From: a bacterium
GTDB lineage: Bacteria; JADJOY01
Assembly (NCBI GenBank): GCA_046331705.1
Contig: JAXLQJ010000014.1
Span: forward strand, 1 to 64,000
Reading direction: 5' to 3'
DNA: 64,000 nucleotides
Of this stretch, positions 19,897-28,301 are shown piece by piece. Numbering within the stretch: position 1 is the first letter of the stretch; each line of letters opens with the position of its first letter. The position numbers and the translations under genes are program-made. The notes beneath the pieces were generated by a model. That model had not been told where the DNA came from, ran no database searches, and saw only the letters and a program-made list of their open reading frames with translations.

Positions 19897-21129
19897 ATGA
19901 AGCCCGAGTTCGATCTCTACGACGCCAAGCGCTACGAGCAGCACGGACCGCCGTTCGAGGCCTTCCGCTGGTTGCGCCAGAACGCGCCCGTGTACCGGCA
20001 CACGGAACCCAACGGTCCTGGCTTCTGGGCGGTGACCCGCTACCAGGACATCGTCCACTGCTCCACGCGTCCGCTGGTCTTCTCGAGCTGGATGGGCGGC
20101 ACCAACATCGAGGACTACGGCGGCGACGACCTCGTGGCCATGCGCGCGATGCTCGCCAACATGGACCCGCCGGGCCACTCCAAGTACCGACGGCTGGTGA
20201 GCGCCGGCTTCACGCCGCGCATGATCTCGCGCCTCGAGCCGCACCTGCGCAAGCTGGCGCAGGACATCATCGGCGCGGTCGCCGAGCGCGGCGCGTGCGA
20301 TTTCGTGACCGATCTGGCCGTCGAGTTCCCCCTCCAGACCATCACCGAGTTCCTCGGCGTGCCCCTCGAGGACCGCAAGAAGATCTTCGATTGGTCGAAC
20401 ACGCTCATCGCCTGGGACGACCCCGAGTACCAAGGCGAGAGCGATCCGCGCACGGCGGCGATGCAGATCTGGGGCTACGCCAACGAGCTCGCGGAACGGC
20501 GCCGCGCCGAGGGCAACGGCACGGATCTCGTGAGCGTGCTCATCAACTCGGTGGTGGACGGCGAGAGCCTCGGCCCGCAGCAGTTCGAGCTCTTCTTCCT
20601 CTTGCTGTCGGTAGCGGGCAACGAGACCACGCGCAATCTGCTCTCCGGCGGGATGCTGGCGCTCTTCCAGCACCTCGATCAGCTCGCGCGGCTCAAGGCG
20701 GACCCGAGCCTGATGCCAAGCGCGGTCGACGAGATGCTGCGCTGGGTGACGCCGGTCAACTATTTCCGGCGCACGGTCTCGCAGGACACCGAGCTTGGCG
20801 GCCAGACGCTCAAGGCCGGCGACAAGATCGCCATGTACTACACGTCGGCCAATCGGGACGAGAGCGTCTTCGCCGATCCCGACGAGTTCGACATCACGCG
20901 CACGCCGAACGAGCACCTCACGTTCGGTGTGGGCGAGCACTTCTGCCTCGGCGCCAGCCTCGCGCGCCTCGAGATCCGCATCTTCTTCGAGGAGCTCTTC
21001 CAGATGCTGCCGGACATCGAGCTGGTGGGTCCGGTCCGCCGGCTCCGTTCGAACTTCATCAACGGCATCAAGTCGATGCCGGTGAAGTTCACTCCGGTTC
21101 GAAACGTCGTCCCACGCAGCGCCGCATGA
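19897..21129 (+). CDS. Cytochrome P450, CYP125/CYP124/CYP142-like
   Basis: GFWAVTRY, MDPPGHSKYRRLV, AGNETTRN (I-helix), EMLR, FGVGEHFCLG (heme Cys); GGAGG RBS. Confidence 0.93.
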   Translation: MKPEFDLYDAKRYEQHGPPFEAFRWLRQNAPVYRHTEPNGPGFWAVTRYQDIVHCSTRPLVFSSWMGGTNIEDYGGDDLVAMRAMLANMDPPGHSKYRRLVSAGFTPRMISRLEPHLRKLAQDIIGAVAERGACDFVTDLAVEFPLQTITEFLGVPLEDRKKIFDWSNTLIAWDDPEYQGESDPRTAAMQIWGYANELAERRRAEGNGTDLVSVLINSVVDGESLGPQQFELFFLLLSVAGNETTRNLLSGGMLALFQHLDQLARLKADPSLMPSAVDEMLRWVTPVNYFRRTVSQDTELGGQTLKAGDKIAMYYTSANRDESVFADPDEFDITRTPNEHLTFGVGEHFCLGASLARLEIRIFFEELFQMLPDIELVGPVRRLRSNFINGIKSMPVKFTPVRNVVPRSAA

Positions 21130-21911
21130 GGAATGCGGCGTTGTTCTCGCCGGCCACGAGCGTCCGCACTCGAGGACGCCGCAAGCCGCCCGCCGTTGGC
21201 GCCCGCCCCAAGGCGCACGCCAACGGCGGCAAACGCGGCCGTCCCAAGGGTGGCAACGGCGCCCAGACGCGCGACCAGATCCTGGACGCCGCGGAGCACC
21301 TCTACGCCGAGCGTGGCTTCGCCGGCACCGCGATCCGCGACATCGCGCGGCTCGTGGGCCTCAACCCCGCGAGCCTCTACGCCCACTTTCCCGGCAAGGA
21401 CAGCATCTACGCCGCCGTGCTGACGCGTGGGCTGCAACCCTTCGTCGAGATCAACCAGGCGATCCTCGGCACCGGCTGGACGGAGGCGGCCATGACCCAA
21501 GGCATGGACGCGCTCATGGACCACCTCGTGACGCGACCGCAGGTGCTGCGCCTGGTGCTGCACGAGGCGCTGACCGGGGGCGCCCACCTCCCGCGCCTCG
21601 TGCGCCAATGGCTCGAGCCGGGCTACGGGCTCGCCTTGGCGGCGTTCCGGACCGGCGGGCGGCCGCTGCTGCGATCCGAGTGGACCGAGGAAGACGTGCC
21701 CGACCTGGTGGCGTCGGTCTTCTTCCTGATCCTGGGCCACGTCGTGGTGGCGCCGCTGCTCGCGGACGTGTTCGGCGGCCATGCCGCCGCGGCGCGCAGC
21801 GTGCCCCGACGCGTCGAGTTCCTGCGCAAGGCCGTTCGTGTGTTGTTGTTCGAATCCCCATCCGTCCGTCATCCGGCGCGGCAGCGAAAGAAGGAAAGGA
21901 AACGACGATGA
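21126..21911 (+). CDS. TetR/AcrR family transcriptional regulator
   Basis: TRDQILDAAEHLYAERGFAGTAIRDIARLVGLNPASLYAHFPGKDSI; ATGA overlaps with P450 and NMO genes. Confidence 0.9.
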   Translation: MRNAALFSPATSVRTRGRRKPPAVGARPKAHANGGKRGRPKGGNGAQTRDQILDAAEHLYAERGFAGTAIRDIARLVGLNPASLYAHFPGKDSIYAAVLTRGLQPFVEINQAILGTGWTEAAMTQGMDALMDHLVTRPQVLRLVLHEALTGGAHLPRLVRQWLEPGYGLALAAFRTGGRPLLRSEWTEEDVPDLVASVFFLILGHVVVAPLLADVFGGHAAAARSVPRRVEFLRKAVRVLLFESPSVRHPARQRKKERKRR

Positions 21912-23044
21912 AAACCCCCATCTGCGAGAAGCTCGGGATCGAGTATCCGATCTTCGCGTTCAGCCATTGCCGCGACGTGGTGGCCGCGGTCAGCAAGGCC
22001 GGTGGTCTCGGCGTGCTGGGCGCGGTCGCGTTCAGCCCCGAGGAGCTCGAGCGCGAGCTCGTGTGGATCGACGAGCACGTCGACGGCAAGCCTTACGGCG
22101 TCGACACCGTCATGCCCGCCGCCTACCTGGGCAAGGACCAGGGCGACCTCGGGAAGATCGACCTCCAGGCGATGATCCCCGACGAGCACAAGGAGTTCAT
22201 CAAGAGCCTGCTCGCTCGCTACGGCGTGCCCGAGCTGCCACCCGGGCAGAACGCATGGGAGTCGCTGCTCGGCTGGTCGGTCTCGGCGGGACGCGCCCAC
22301 GTCGACATCGCCATGAAGCACCCCATCCGCTTGCTGGCGAACGCCCTCGGCCCGCCTCCCGAGGACGTGGTCGAGCGCGCCCACTCCGCGGGCGTGCTGG
22401 TCGCGGCGCTCTGCGGCTCGGTCGATCAGGCGATCAAGCAGAAGGAAGCGGGCGTCGACATCGTGATCGCCTCGGGTTACGAGGCCGGCGGCCACACCGG
22501 CGACATCTCGAGCTTGGTGCTGGTGCCGCAAGTGGTGGACGCAGTCGCGCCGACACCCGTGCTCGCGGCGGGTGGGATCGGGTCGGGACGGCAGATGGCG
22601 GCGGCGCTGGTGCTCGGCGCGCAGGGTGTGTGGACCGGATCGCTGTGGCTCGCCACCGCCGAGAGCGATTGCGTCCCGGCGCTCAAGGAGAAGCTCATCG
22701 CCGCCACCTCCAGGGACACGGTGCGCTCGAAGTGCATCAGCGGCAAGCCAGCGCGCCAGCTGCGCACGCCCTGGACGGACGCGTGGGACGGCGTCGATTC
22801 GCCGGGAACCCTTCCCATGCCGCTGCAGTGGATGGCGACCTCCGAGGCGCTCACGCGGATCTACCAGCACGCGCAGACGCGCAAGCCGGGTTCGGCCGAG
22901 CTGCTCGGCACACCCGTGGGCCAGGTGGTCGGCCAGATCAACCAGATGAAGCCGGCGCGCGAGGTCGTTCGCGAGCTGGTGGAAGGCTCGATCGACGCGG
23001 TGGCCCACGCCAGCCAGATCCTCGGGCTCACCGCGGACGACTGA
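21908..23044 (+). CDS. Nitronate monooxygenase-family flavin oxidoreductase
   Basis: LGIEYPIFAFSHCRDVVAAVSKAGG, GYEAGGHTG, VLAAGGIGSG, GVWTGS. Confidence 0.9.
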   Translation: MKTPICEKLGIEYPIFAFSHCRDVVAAVSKAGGLGVLGAVAFSPEELERELVWIDEHVDGKPYGVDTVMPAAYLGKDQGDLGKIDLQAMIPDEHKEFIKSLLARYGVPELPPGQNAWESLLGWSVSAGRAHVDIAMKHPIRLLANALGPPPEDVVERAHSAGVLVAALCGSVDQAIKQKEAGVDIVIASGYEAGGHTGDISSLVLVPQVVDAVAPTPVLAAGGIGSGRQMAAALVLGAQGVWTGSLWLATAESDCVPALKEKLIAATSRDTVRSKCISGKPARQLRTPWTDAWDGVDSPGTLPMPLQWMATSEALTRIYQHAQTRKPGSAELLGTPVGQVVGQINQMKPAREVVRELVEGSIDAVAHASQILGLTADD

Positions 23045-23068
23045 CTCCCTCCATCGCGGGACGCTCGG

Positions 23069-23104
23069 CGGGCGGATCGATGTGACTTCGATCCGCCCGT
23101 TTCC
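23069..23104 (+). terminator. Intrinsic terminator after the P450-TetR-NMO operon
   Basis: CGGGCGGATCGA-TGTGACT-TCGATCCGCCCG (12-bp stem) followed by TTTCC. Confidence 0.6.
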
Positions 23105-23151
23105 GTTGAATTCTCCGGGATTTCGGGCGAATCTCCCAGCCGTTCCCGAGA

Positions 23152-24849
23152 TTGGCTTCGACCCCCAACGTGCCTGAATCGCCTCCCGTCGTCTGGTCGC
23201 GCTCGCTCGCCGACGAGTTCTGGTCGGGGAGCGTGACTCCACTCATGTTCTCGGTCAGCGGCCGGCTGATCGAGACCCGCATGGTGGATCCCAAGCTCGC
23301 GTTCGCGCGCATCGAGAAGACCGCGCCGTTTCTCCGCTACCACCACGGCTACGTCTACGCGAACACCAATCTGCTGGGCGACATCTTCTCGATCATTCCG
23401 TCGATCTTCCGCACCAAGGAAGTGCTCGACAACCTGCCGGCCTCGCTGCGCGACCGGCTGCTCGCGGACGAGCGTTCGCTGTGGTCGATCCTCGGCCCGC
23501 GCTTCGTGGGAGCGTGCTTCCGCACCGTGCTTCACGAGCGCGACTGGTCGCCGTTCACGAACCATCGCCGCTTCAAGCGCCACGGCGACGCCATCCTGGC
23601 GCGCGCCGTGCGCGGCTTCGGCGACGAGACCGCGAGCGGCACGCCAGAGAGCCTGCTCAACGCGATGGCGCGCATCGAAGACGAGATGGGCGCCTTCCTC
23701 GAGATCGCCATCTGGAGCGTGGCGTACGCGTACCTGCTCTACCCGTTGGTGCGCATCGTGTGCGAACGATGGCTCGGCGACACCGAGGGAACGGTCGCCG
23801 AGTGGGCGATGGGGCGCGTGCCGGGCAACAAGACCGTCGAGGTCAACGAGGCGATCGAGGCGCTCGCGCGGCGGCTACGCGCGAACCCCACGCTCGCGGC
23901 ATCGTTGCGCGCTGGAGGTCTGGACGCGCTCGGCCCGCAGGCATCGCTCGACTCGAGCGCCGCCGAGTTCCGCGACGGCTTCCACGAGCTCTTGTTGCGC
24001 CACGGCCACCGGCTGCTGGGACGCGATCTCATCTATCCCTCGTGGCGCGAGGCGCCCGGCACCGTGCTCGATCTCGTGCTCAAGGCGCTGGAAGCGCGGC
24101 GCGAAGGCGAGGTGGCCGTGGCGGCCGCGGCCAAGCCGCCGCCCGCCGAGCTCGCGGGGCGCGATCGACTCGCACCTTTCCAGCGGCTGGTGCTGGCGCT
24201 CGGCCTCTACTACATGCCGCGCTACGTGAACCTGCGCGAGAACATGCGCTACTTCGCGGACCTCTTCCTCGAGCGGATCCGCAACGTGGCGCTGGCACTC
24301 GGCGAGCACCTGGTGGCGCGCGGACGGCTCGAGCAACGCGACCAGATCTTCTTCCTGTTTCGCGAGGAGGTGACGGCAGCGGTGCGCGGCGACGTGGCCG
24401 ACCTCGCTGGGCTCGCGCGGCGCCGGCGAATCGAGTACGAGCGCGGCCGCGACGAGAAGCCGCCGCGCGAGCTGCTCGGCGATCAGAGTGCCGAGATCGC
24501 GGTCACCGAGCCACTTCCCGCGAACGCGACGCTCTTTCGCGGCTCCGGCGTGTCACGCGGCGTGGTGCGCGGGCGGGCGCGCGTGGTGCTGGAAGTGGGC
24601 GAGTTCCGAGACGTGCGTCCTGGCGAGATCCTGGTCACCAACGCCACCGATCCCGGCTGGACGTGTCTCTTCTCCCTCGCCGGCGGCGTGATCATGGAGA
24701 TGGGCGGAATGCTCTCCCACGGCGCGATCCTCGCGCGCGAGTACGGTCTGCCCGCGGTCGCCTCCGTGCCCGGCGCAACCAAGGCGATCCCCACCGGCGC
24801 CTGGGTCGAGGTCGACGGGCTCAAGGGAGAGGTTCGGATACTGGATTGA
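23152..24849 (+). CDS. PEP-utilising enzyme family protein (substrate-binding domain plus phospho-His swivel domain, no ATP-grasp domain)
   Basis: C-terminal GSGVSRGVVRGRARVV, GEILVTNATDPGW, GGMLSHGAILAREYGLPAV, VEVDGLKGEV; N-terminal region resembles RPH/PpsA substrate domains (E..G.VTPL, FLxxHGHR-like, PSWRE); start uncertain. Confidence 0.8.
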   Translation: MASTPNVPESPPVVWSRSLADEFWSGSVTPLMFSVSGRLIETRMVDPKLAFARIEKTAPFLRYHHGYVYANTNLLGDIFSIIPSIFRTKEVLDNLPASLRDRLLADERSLWSILGPRFVGACFRTVLHERDWSPFTNHRRFKRHGDAILARAVRGFGDETASGTPESLLNAMARIEDEMGAFLEIAIWSVAYAYLLYPLVRIVCERWLGDTEGTVAEWAMGRVPGNKTVEVNEAIEALARRLRANPTLAASLRAGGLDALGPQASLDSSAAEFRDGFHELLLRHGHRLLGRDLIYPSWREAPGTVLDLVLKALEARREGEVAVAAAAKPPPAELAGRDRLAPFQRLVLALGLYYMPRYVNLRENMRYFADLFLERIRNVALALGEHLVARGRLEQRDQIFFLFREEVTAAVRGDVADLAGLARRRRIEYERGRDEKPPRELLGDQSAEIAVTEPLPANATLFRGSGVSRGVVRGRARVVLEVGEFRDVRPGEILVTNATDPGWTCLFSLAGGVIMEMGGMLSHGAILAREYGLPAVASVPGATKAIPTGAWVEVDGLKGEVRILD

Positions 24850-24855
24850 TGCGGG

Positions 24856-25659
24856 GGGCTGTTCCAGCCCCCCGCCCTCCGCGGCAAAGCCGCGGAGGGG
24901 CCCACCCCAAGGCGACGCGCTGCGCGCGGCGGCTCGCCTGCCGGCTCGCGCAAAGATCGACGGCAAGCGGGGAGAACAGTCGGCCAATCGGTGGCCCACG
25001 ATGCACGTTCGGGCTGTTCCAGAACCCCGCCCCCAGCGGCAAAGCCGCGGAGGGACCCACCCCAAGGCGACGCGCTGCGCGCGCGGCTCGCGCGGCTCGC
25101 GCAGAGATCGACGGCGAGCGGGGAGACAGTCGGCCAATCGGTGGCCCACGGCGCACGTTCGGGCTGTTCCAGACCCCGCCCCCGCGGCAAAGCCGCGGAG
25201 GACCCACCAAGGCGACGCGCTGCGCGTCGGCTCGCCGCCGGCTCGCGCAGAGATCGACGGCGAGCGGGAGAACAGTCGGCCAATCGGTGGCCCACGGCGC
25301 ACGTTCGGGCTGTTCCAGAACCCCGCCCTCCGCGGCAAAGCCGCGGAGGACCCACCCCCAAGGCGACGCGCTGCGCGCCGCGGCCGCCGGGCGCAGATAC
25401 GGCGGTCGGCCAACGGTGCCACCGCGCGGCTGCCAGGGGCGCGAGGACCACGCGACGCGCCGCCGCGGCTCGCCACCGGCTCGCGCAGAGATCGACGGCG
25501 AGCGGGGAGAACAGTCGGCCAATCGGTGGCCCACGGCGCACGTTCGGGCTGTTCCAGAACCCCGCCCTCCGCGGCAAAGCCGCGGAGGGACCCACCCCCA
25601 AGGCGACGCGCTGCGCGCGTCGGCTCGCCGCTGGCTCGCGCAGAGATCGACGGCGAGCG
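24856..25659. repeat. Tandem array of about six ~150-bp palindrome-rich units (REP/BIME- or ncRNA-like)
   Basis: Units start with GGGCTGTTCCAG at 24856, 25011, 25161, 25307, ~25427 (degenerate) and 25546; intact units contain CCCTCCGCGGC-AAA-GCCGCGGAGGG and further hairpins. Confidence 0.93.
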
Positions 25660-25668
25660 AGCGGCTGC

Positions 25669-26625
25669 TCAGCGCACTTCGCCGGCGACGGCGCTGACCG
25701 CGCTGAACGTGAGACCGGCGGAGAGCTCCTGACAGACGCCGCTGCCGTCCTGGGCGAGATCGGCCTTGCTGTGCAGCGCGGGGATCACGAACGGCTCCAG
25801 CGCGCCCAGCCCGGGACCGATGACGGCCGCGACTTCTTCGACGCCGAACGAGCCGCCGATGAGGCCGTCACGGCCACGATCGCCGTCGAGGCGCACCTGC
25901 AGGCGGTTGAACGTGATCGGCAATGACGTGCCGTTGAGGTCGTAGATCGGCGTCAGGCGCGTGAGCCCGGTGTCGAGCACGCCACCCGTGATGGTCGCGC
26001 CCTCGACGCGGTAGAGCGGCGTGGCGCCGTCGCTCGCGAGGAAGGTCGAGTCGATGTCGAAGAGCTGGCCGGGCGCGAGCTGGCCGTCGGGCCCGATCAC
26101 GGGATCGAAGGCGCTCGGCGGAAAGATCCCCTTCAGGAACGACACGTTCACGCAATCGTCGTCGGAGGTCGACTGCACGTTCTCGACGCGAACGAGGACG
26201 AGCAGGCTCGCGTCCTCGATCGACGCGTCGAAGATGATCGAGACGTCGTCGGCGAAATCGAACGCGGCCACCAACGGCCCGAGCTGGTTGTCGATTCCGG
26301 GGGTGCTCGCGGGCGGCGGCGACGTGAAATCCGGCTGGTTGCAGGTCGCGGAATCACTCGCGCCGCTGACCCGCGCATCCACGTCGAACCCCGGCACCAC
26401 GGTCGCCGACACGGGGGTGGCGACACCGATCGAGCTGACCACGTAGAGCAGCGTCTGGCCGCCGCTGCACGAGTCGCCGGTCGGCGGCGGCGGCTCGGGC
26501 GTGTTCGGCGCGTCGCTACCTCCCCCACCGCCACAGCCCGCGGCGACCCACATCCCCAACGCCGCGGCGACGAACCGCGACCGCCACCGCGAGATTCCAA
26601 TACGAGAGATCACCATCGACTCCAT
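25669..26625 (-). CDS. Uncharacterised acidic lipoprotein
   Basis: Signal peptide with lipobox VAAGC, then a G/P-rich linker; several Cys; acidic composition. Confidence 0.75.
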   Translation of the reverse strand: MESMVISRIGISRWRSRFVAAALGMWVAAGCGGGGGSDAPNTPEPPPPTGDSCSGGQTLLYVVSSIGVATPVSATVVPGFDVDARVSGASDSATCNQPDFTSPPPASTPGIDNQLGPLVAAFDFADDVSIIFDASIEDASLLVLVRVENVQSTSDDDCVNVSFLKGIFPPSAFDPVIGPDGQLAPGQLFDIDSTFLASDGATPLYRVEGATITGGVLDTGLTRLTPIYDLNGTSLPITFNRLQVRLDGDRGRDGLIGGSFGVEEVAAVIGPGLGALEPFVIPALHSKADLAQDGSGVCQELSAGLTFSAVSAVAGEVR

Positions 26626-26649
26626 TCCTTCCCCGCTCCCCCGCGCAAG

Positions 26650-28074
26650 TTATCCGAGGAGATCGAAGAACACCTTGGGCGGATGCCGCGGGACGTTGCG
26701 CTCCACGGCCCGCGCCACCTTGAGGGCGGTCCCCTCTTCCCACGGCGCGGCCATCACCTGGAGCCCGATCGGCATTCCGTTCGGCGAGTAGCCCGCCGGC
26801 ACCGTCACCGCCGGATAGCCGGTGAGGTTGCCGGGGAACGTGAAGGCGCAGATGCGGTCGATCAGCCCGTCGTCGACCTCGCCGTAGCGCTCGGCGTCGC
26901 TGCGGATCGGCACGGCCGTGGTGCCCGTCGTGGGCGACACCAGCACGTCGACGGACTCGAGCACTTCGCGAAAGGCGCGCTCGATCCGGGTGCGGGCCCG
27001 CTGCGCGTGGACGTATTCGGGGCCGGAGCCGCGATTCGCCGTGTCGAGCAAGAGGCGCGTGTCCGGCGCATAGTCCTCGCGGTGCTCGCGCATGTTCTCG
27101 ATCTGGGATGCCGCCATCTCGGCACCCATGGTGACGAGCAACGTGACGCGCACCAGATCGAGGTGGCGGATGCGCACGTCGACGACTTGCGCGCCATCGT
27201 CCCGGAGCCGTTCGAGCACCGCGCGGCACACGGCGATCACGTCGGGCGAGGCCTGATCGAAGAAATCGGGGCACACGCCGATGCGCAAGCCCTTGACCGA
27301 GCCCTGCCGAACGCCGCGCAGATCGAGCGAAGGCTGGCCGAGCGTGTTCGGATCGCGCGGGTCCTCGCCGGCGATGAGCGCCAGGATCTCGCTCGCGTCG
27401 GCGACGGTCGCCGCGAGCGGTCCGATGTGCGCGAGCGTCCACACCAGCGGCAAGGCGCCCGTCTCCGGCACGCGGCCGTAGGTCGCCTTCACGCCCACCA
27501 CGCCGCAGAGCGACGCAGGGATGCGCACCGAGCCGCCGCCGTCGGCGCCGATCGCCGCCGGCACCAAGCCGCAGCCGACGACCGCGCCGGAACCGCTCGA
27601 CGAGCCGCCGGTGATGCACGCGGGATCGTAGGGATTGCGCGCGGCGCCGTGATGCGGATTGATGCCGGTCGCGCCCAGGCCGATCTCGTGCATGTTGGTC
27701 TTGCCGACCAGCAGCGCACCCGCCGCCCGCAGGCGCGCCACCACGGTGGCGTCCTCGCGCTCGCTGCCCTTGCCGAGAAACCGGGTCCCGCCGGTGGTTG
27801 GATAGCCGACCTGGTTGAGCTCGTCCTTGACCGCGATCGGAACACCGTCGAGCGGCCCCGCTGGCTTCCCCTTGCGCAGGCGCTCGGTGGACGCCTTCGC
27901 CATGCGCAAGATCTCGTCGTCGTCGCTGGCGATGAAGATCCGCATCGCCGGCGAGCTCGCTTCGGAGGCGTTGCGAGACTCGATGAAGCGCTCCGCCACC
28001 GCGAGCGGGGTCGCGCGTCCATCGCGATACGCGGCGCGGTAATCATCCAAGGTCCGGAAGCCGAAGTCGCTCAT
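26650..28074 (-). CDS. Amidase-signature enzyme, plant-type fatty acid amide hydrolase-like (catalytic part)
   Basis: LDGVPIAVKD (Lys), GKTNMHEIG, TGGSSSGSG, GADGGGSVRIPASLCG (Ser-cisSer-Lys triad). Confidence 0.92.
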   Translation of the reverse strand: MSDFGFRTLDDYRAAYRDGRATPLAVAERFIESRNASEASSPAMRIFIASDDDEILRMAKASTERLRKGKPAGPLDGVPIAVKDELNQVGYPTTGGTRFLGKGSEREDATVVARLRAAGALLVGKTNMHEIGLGATGINPHHGAARNPYDPACITGGSSSGSGAVVGCGLVPAAIGADGGGSVRIPASLCGVVGVKATYGRVPETGALPLVWTLAHIGPLAATVADASEILALIAGEDPRDPNTLGQPSLDLRGVRQGSVKGLRIGVCPDFFDQASPDVIAVCRAVLERLRDDGAQVVDVRIRHLDLVRVTLLVTMGAEMAASQIENMREHREDYAPDTRLLLDTANRGSGPEYVHAQRARTRIERAFREVLESVDVLVSPTTGTTAVPIRSDAERYGEVDDGLIDRICAFTFPGNLTGYPAVTVPAGYSPNGMPIGLQVMAAPWEEGTALKVARAVERNVPRHPPKVFFDLLG

Positions 28075-28301
28075 CGGCGCTTCCCGCCCGCGCTACGGCG
28101 AATGGGCGCCGGCGGCCGCGGCAGCGTGAACGGTGGCTCGTCCTCGGCGAAGCTCGCATCGAGCAGCTCCTCGATCCCGAGTTGCTTCCGGAGCACCCCG
28201 GCGAGCATCAGCTCCACCACCGGCAGTCCGGAGGCGGCGGCGACGGTGCGAAGAGCCGATCCAGCGATCCTCGGGCCTGGCTTGCGCAGCTTGCGGCTCA
28301 C
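28071..28301 (-). CDS. 76-aa protein resembling the N-terminal segment of plant-type FAAH
   Basis: GTG at 28301 after GGAGGAG RBS; 4-nt overlaps with both neighbours; GPRIAGSALRTVAAASGLPVVELMLAGVLRKQLGIEELLDASFAEDEPPF. Confidence 0.7.
   Translation of the reverse strand: MSRKLRKPGPRIAGSALRTVAAASGLPVVELMLAGVLRKQLGIEELLDASFAEDEPPFTLPRPPAPIRRSAGGKRR

Noticed and set aside
24856-25659. CRISPR array, or repeat-protein ORFs (e.g. 24483..25601, 24991..25926)
   Set aside because: The whole unit repeats with no unique spacers and no cas genes nearby; unit lengths vary by non-multiples of three and the translations are low-complexity Arg/Ala/Pro
24856-25659. Hairpin ribozyme (four-way junction with AGAA and ACAGUC)
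   Set aside because: The conserved loop B sequences are not present; the resemblance is superficial
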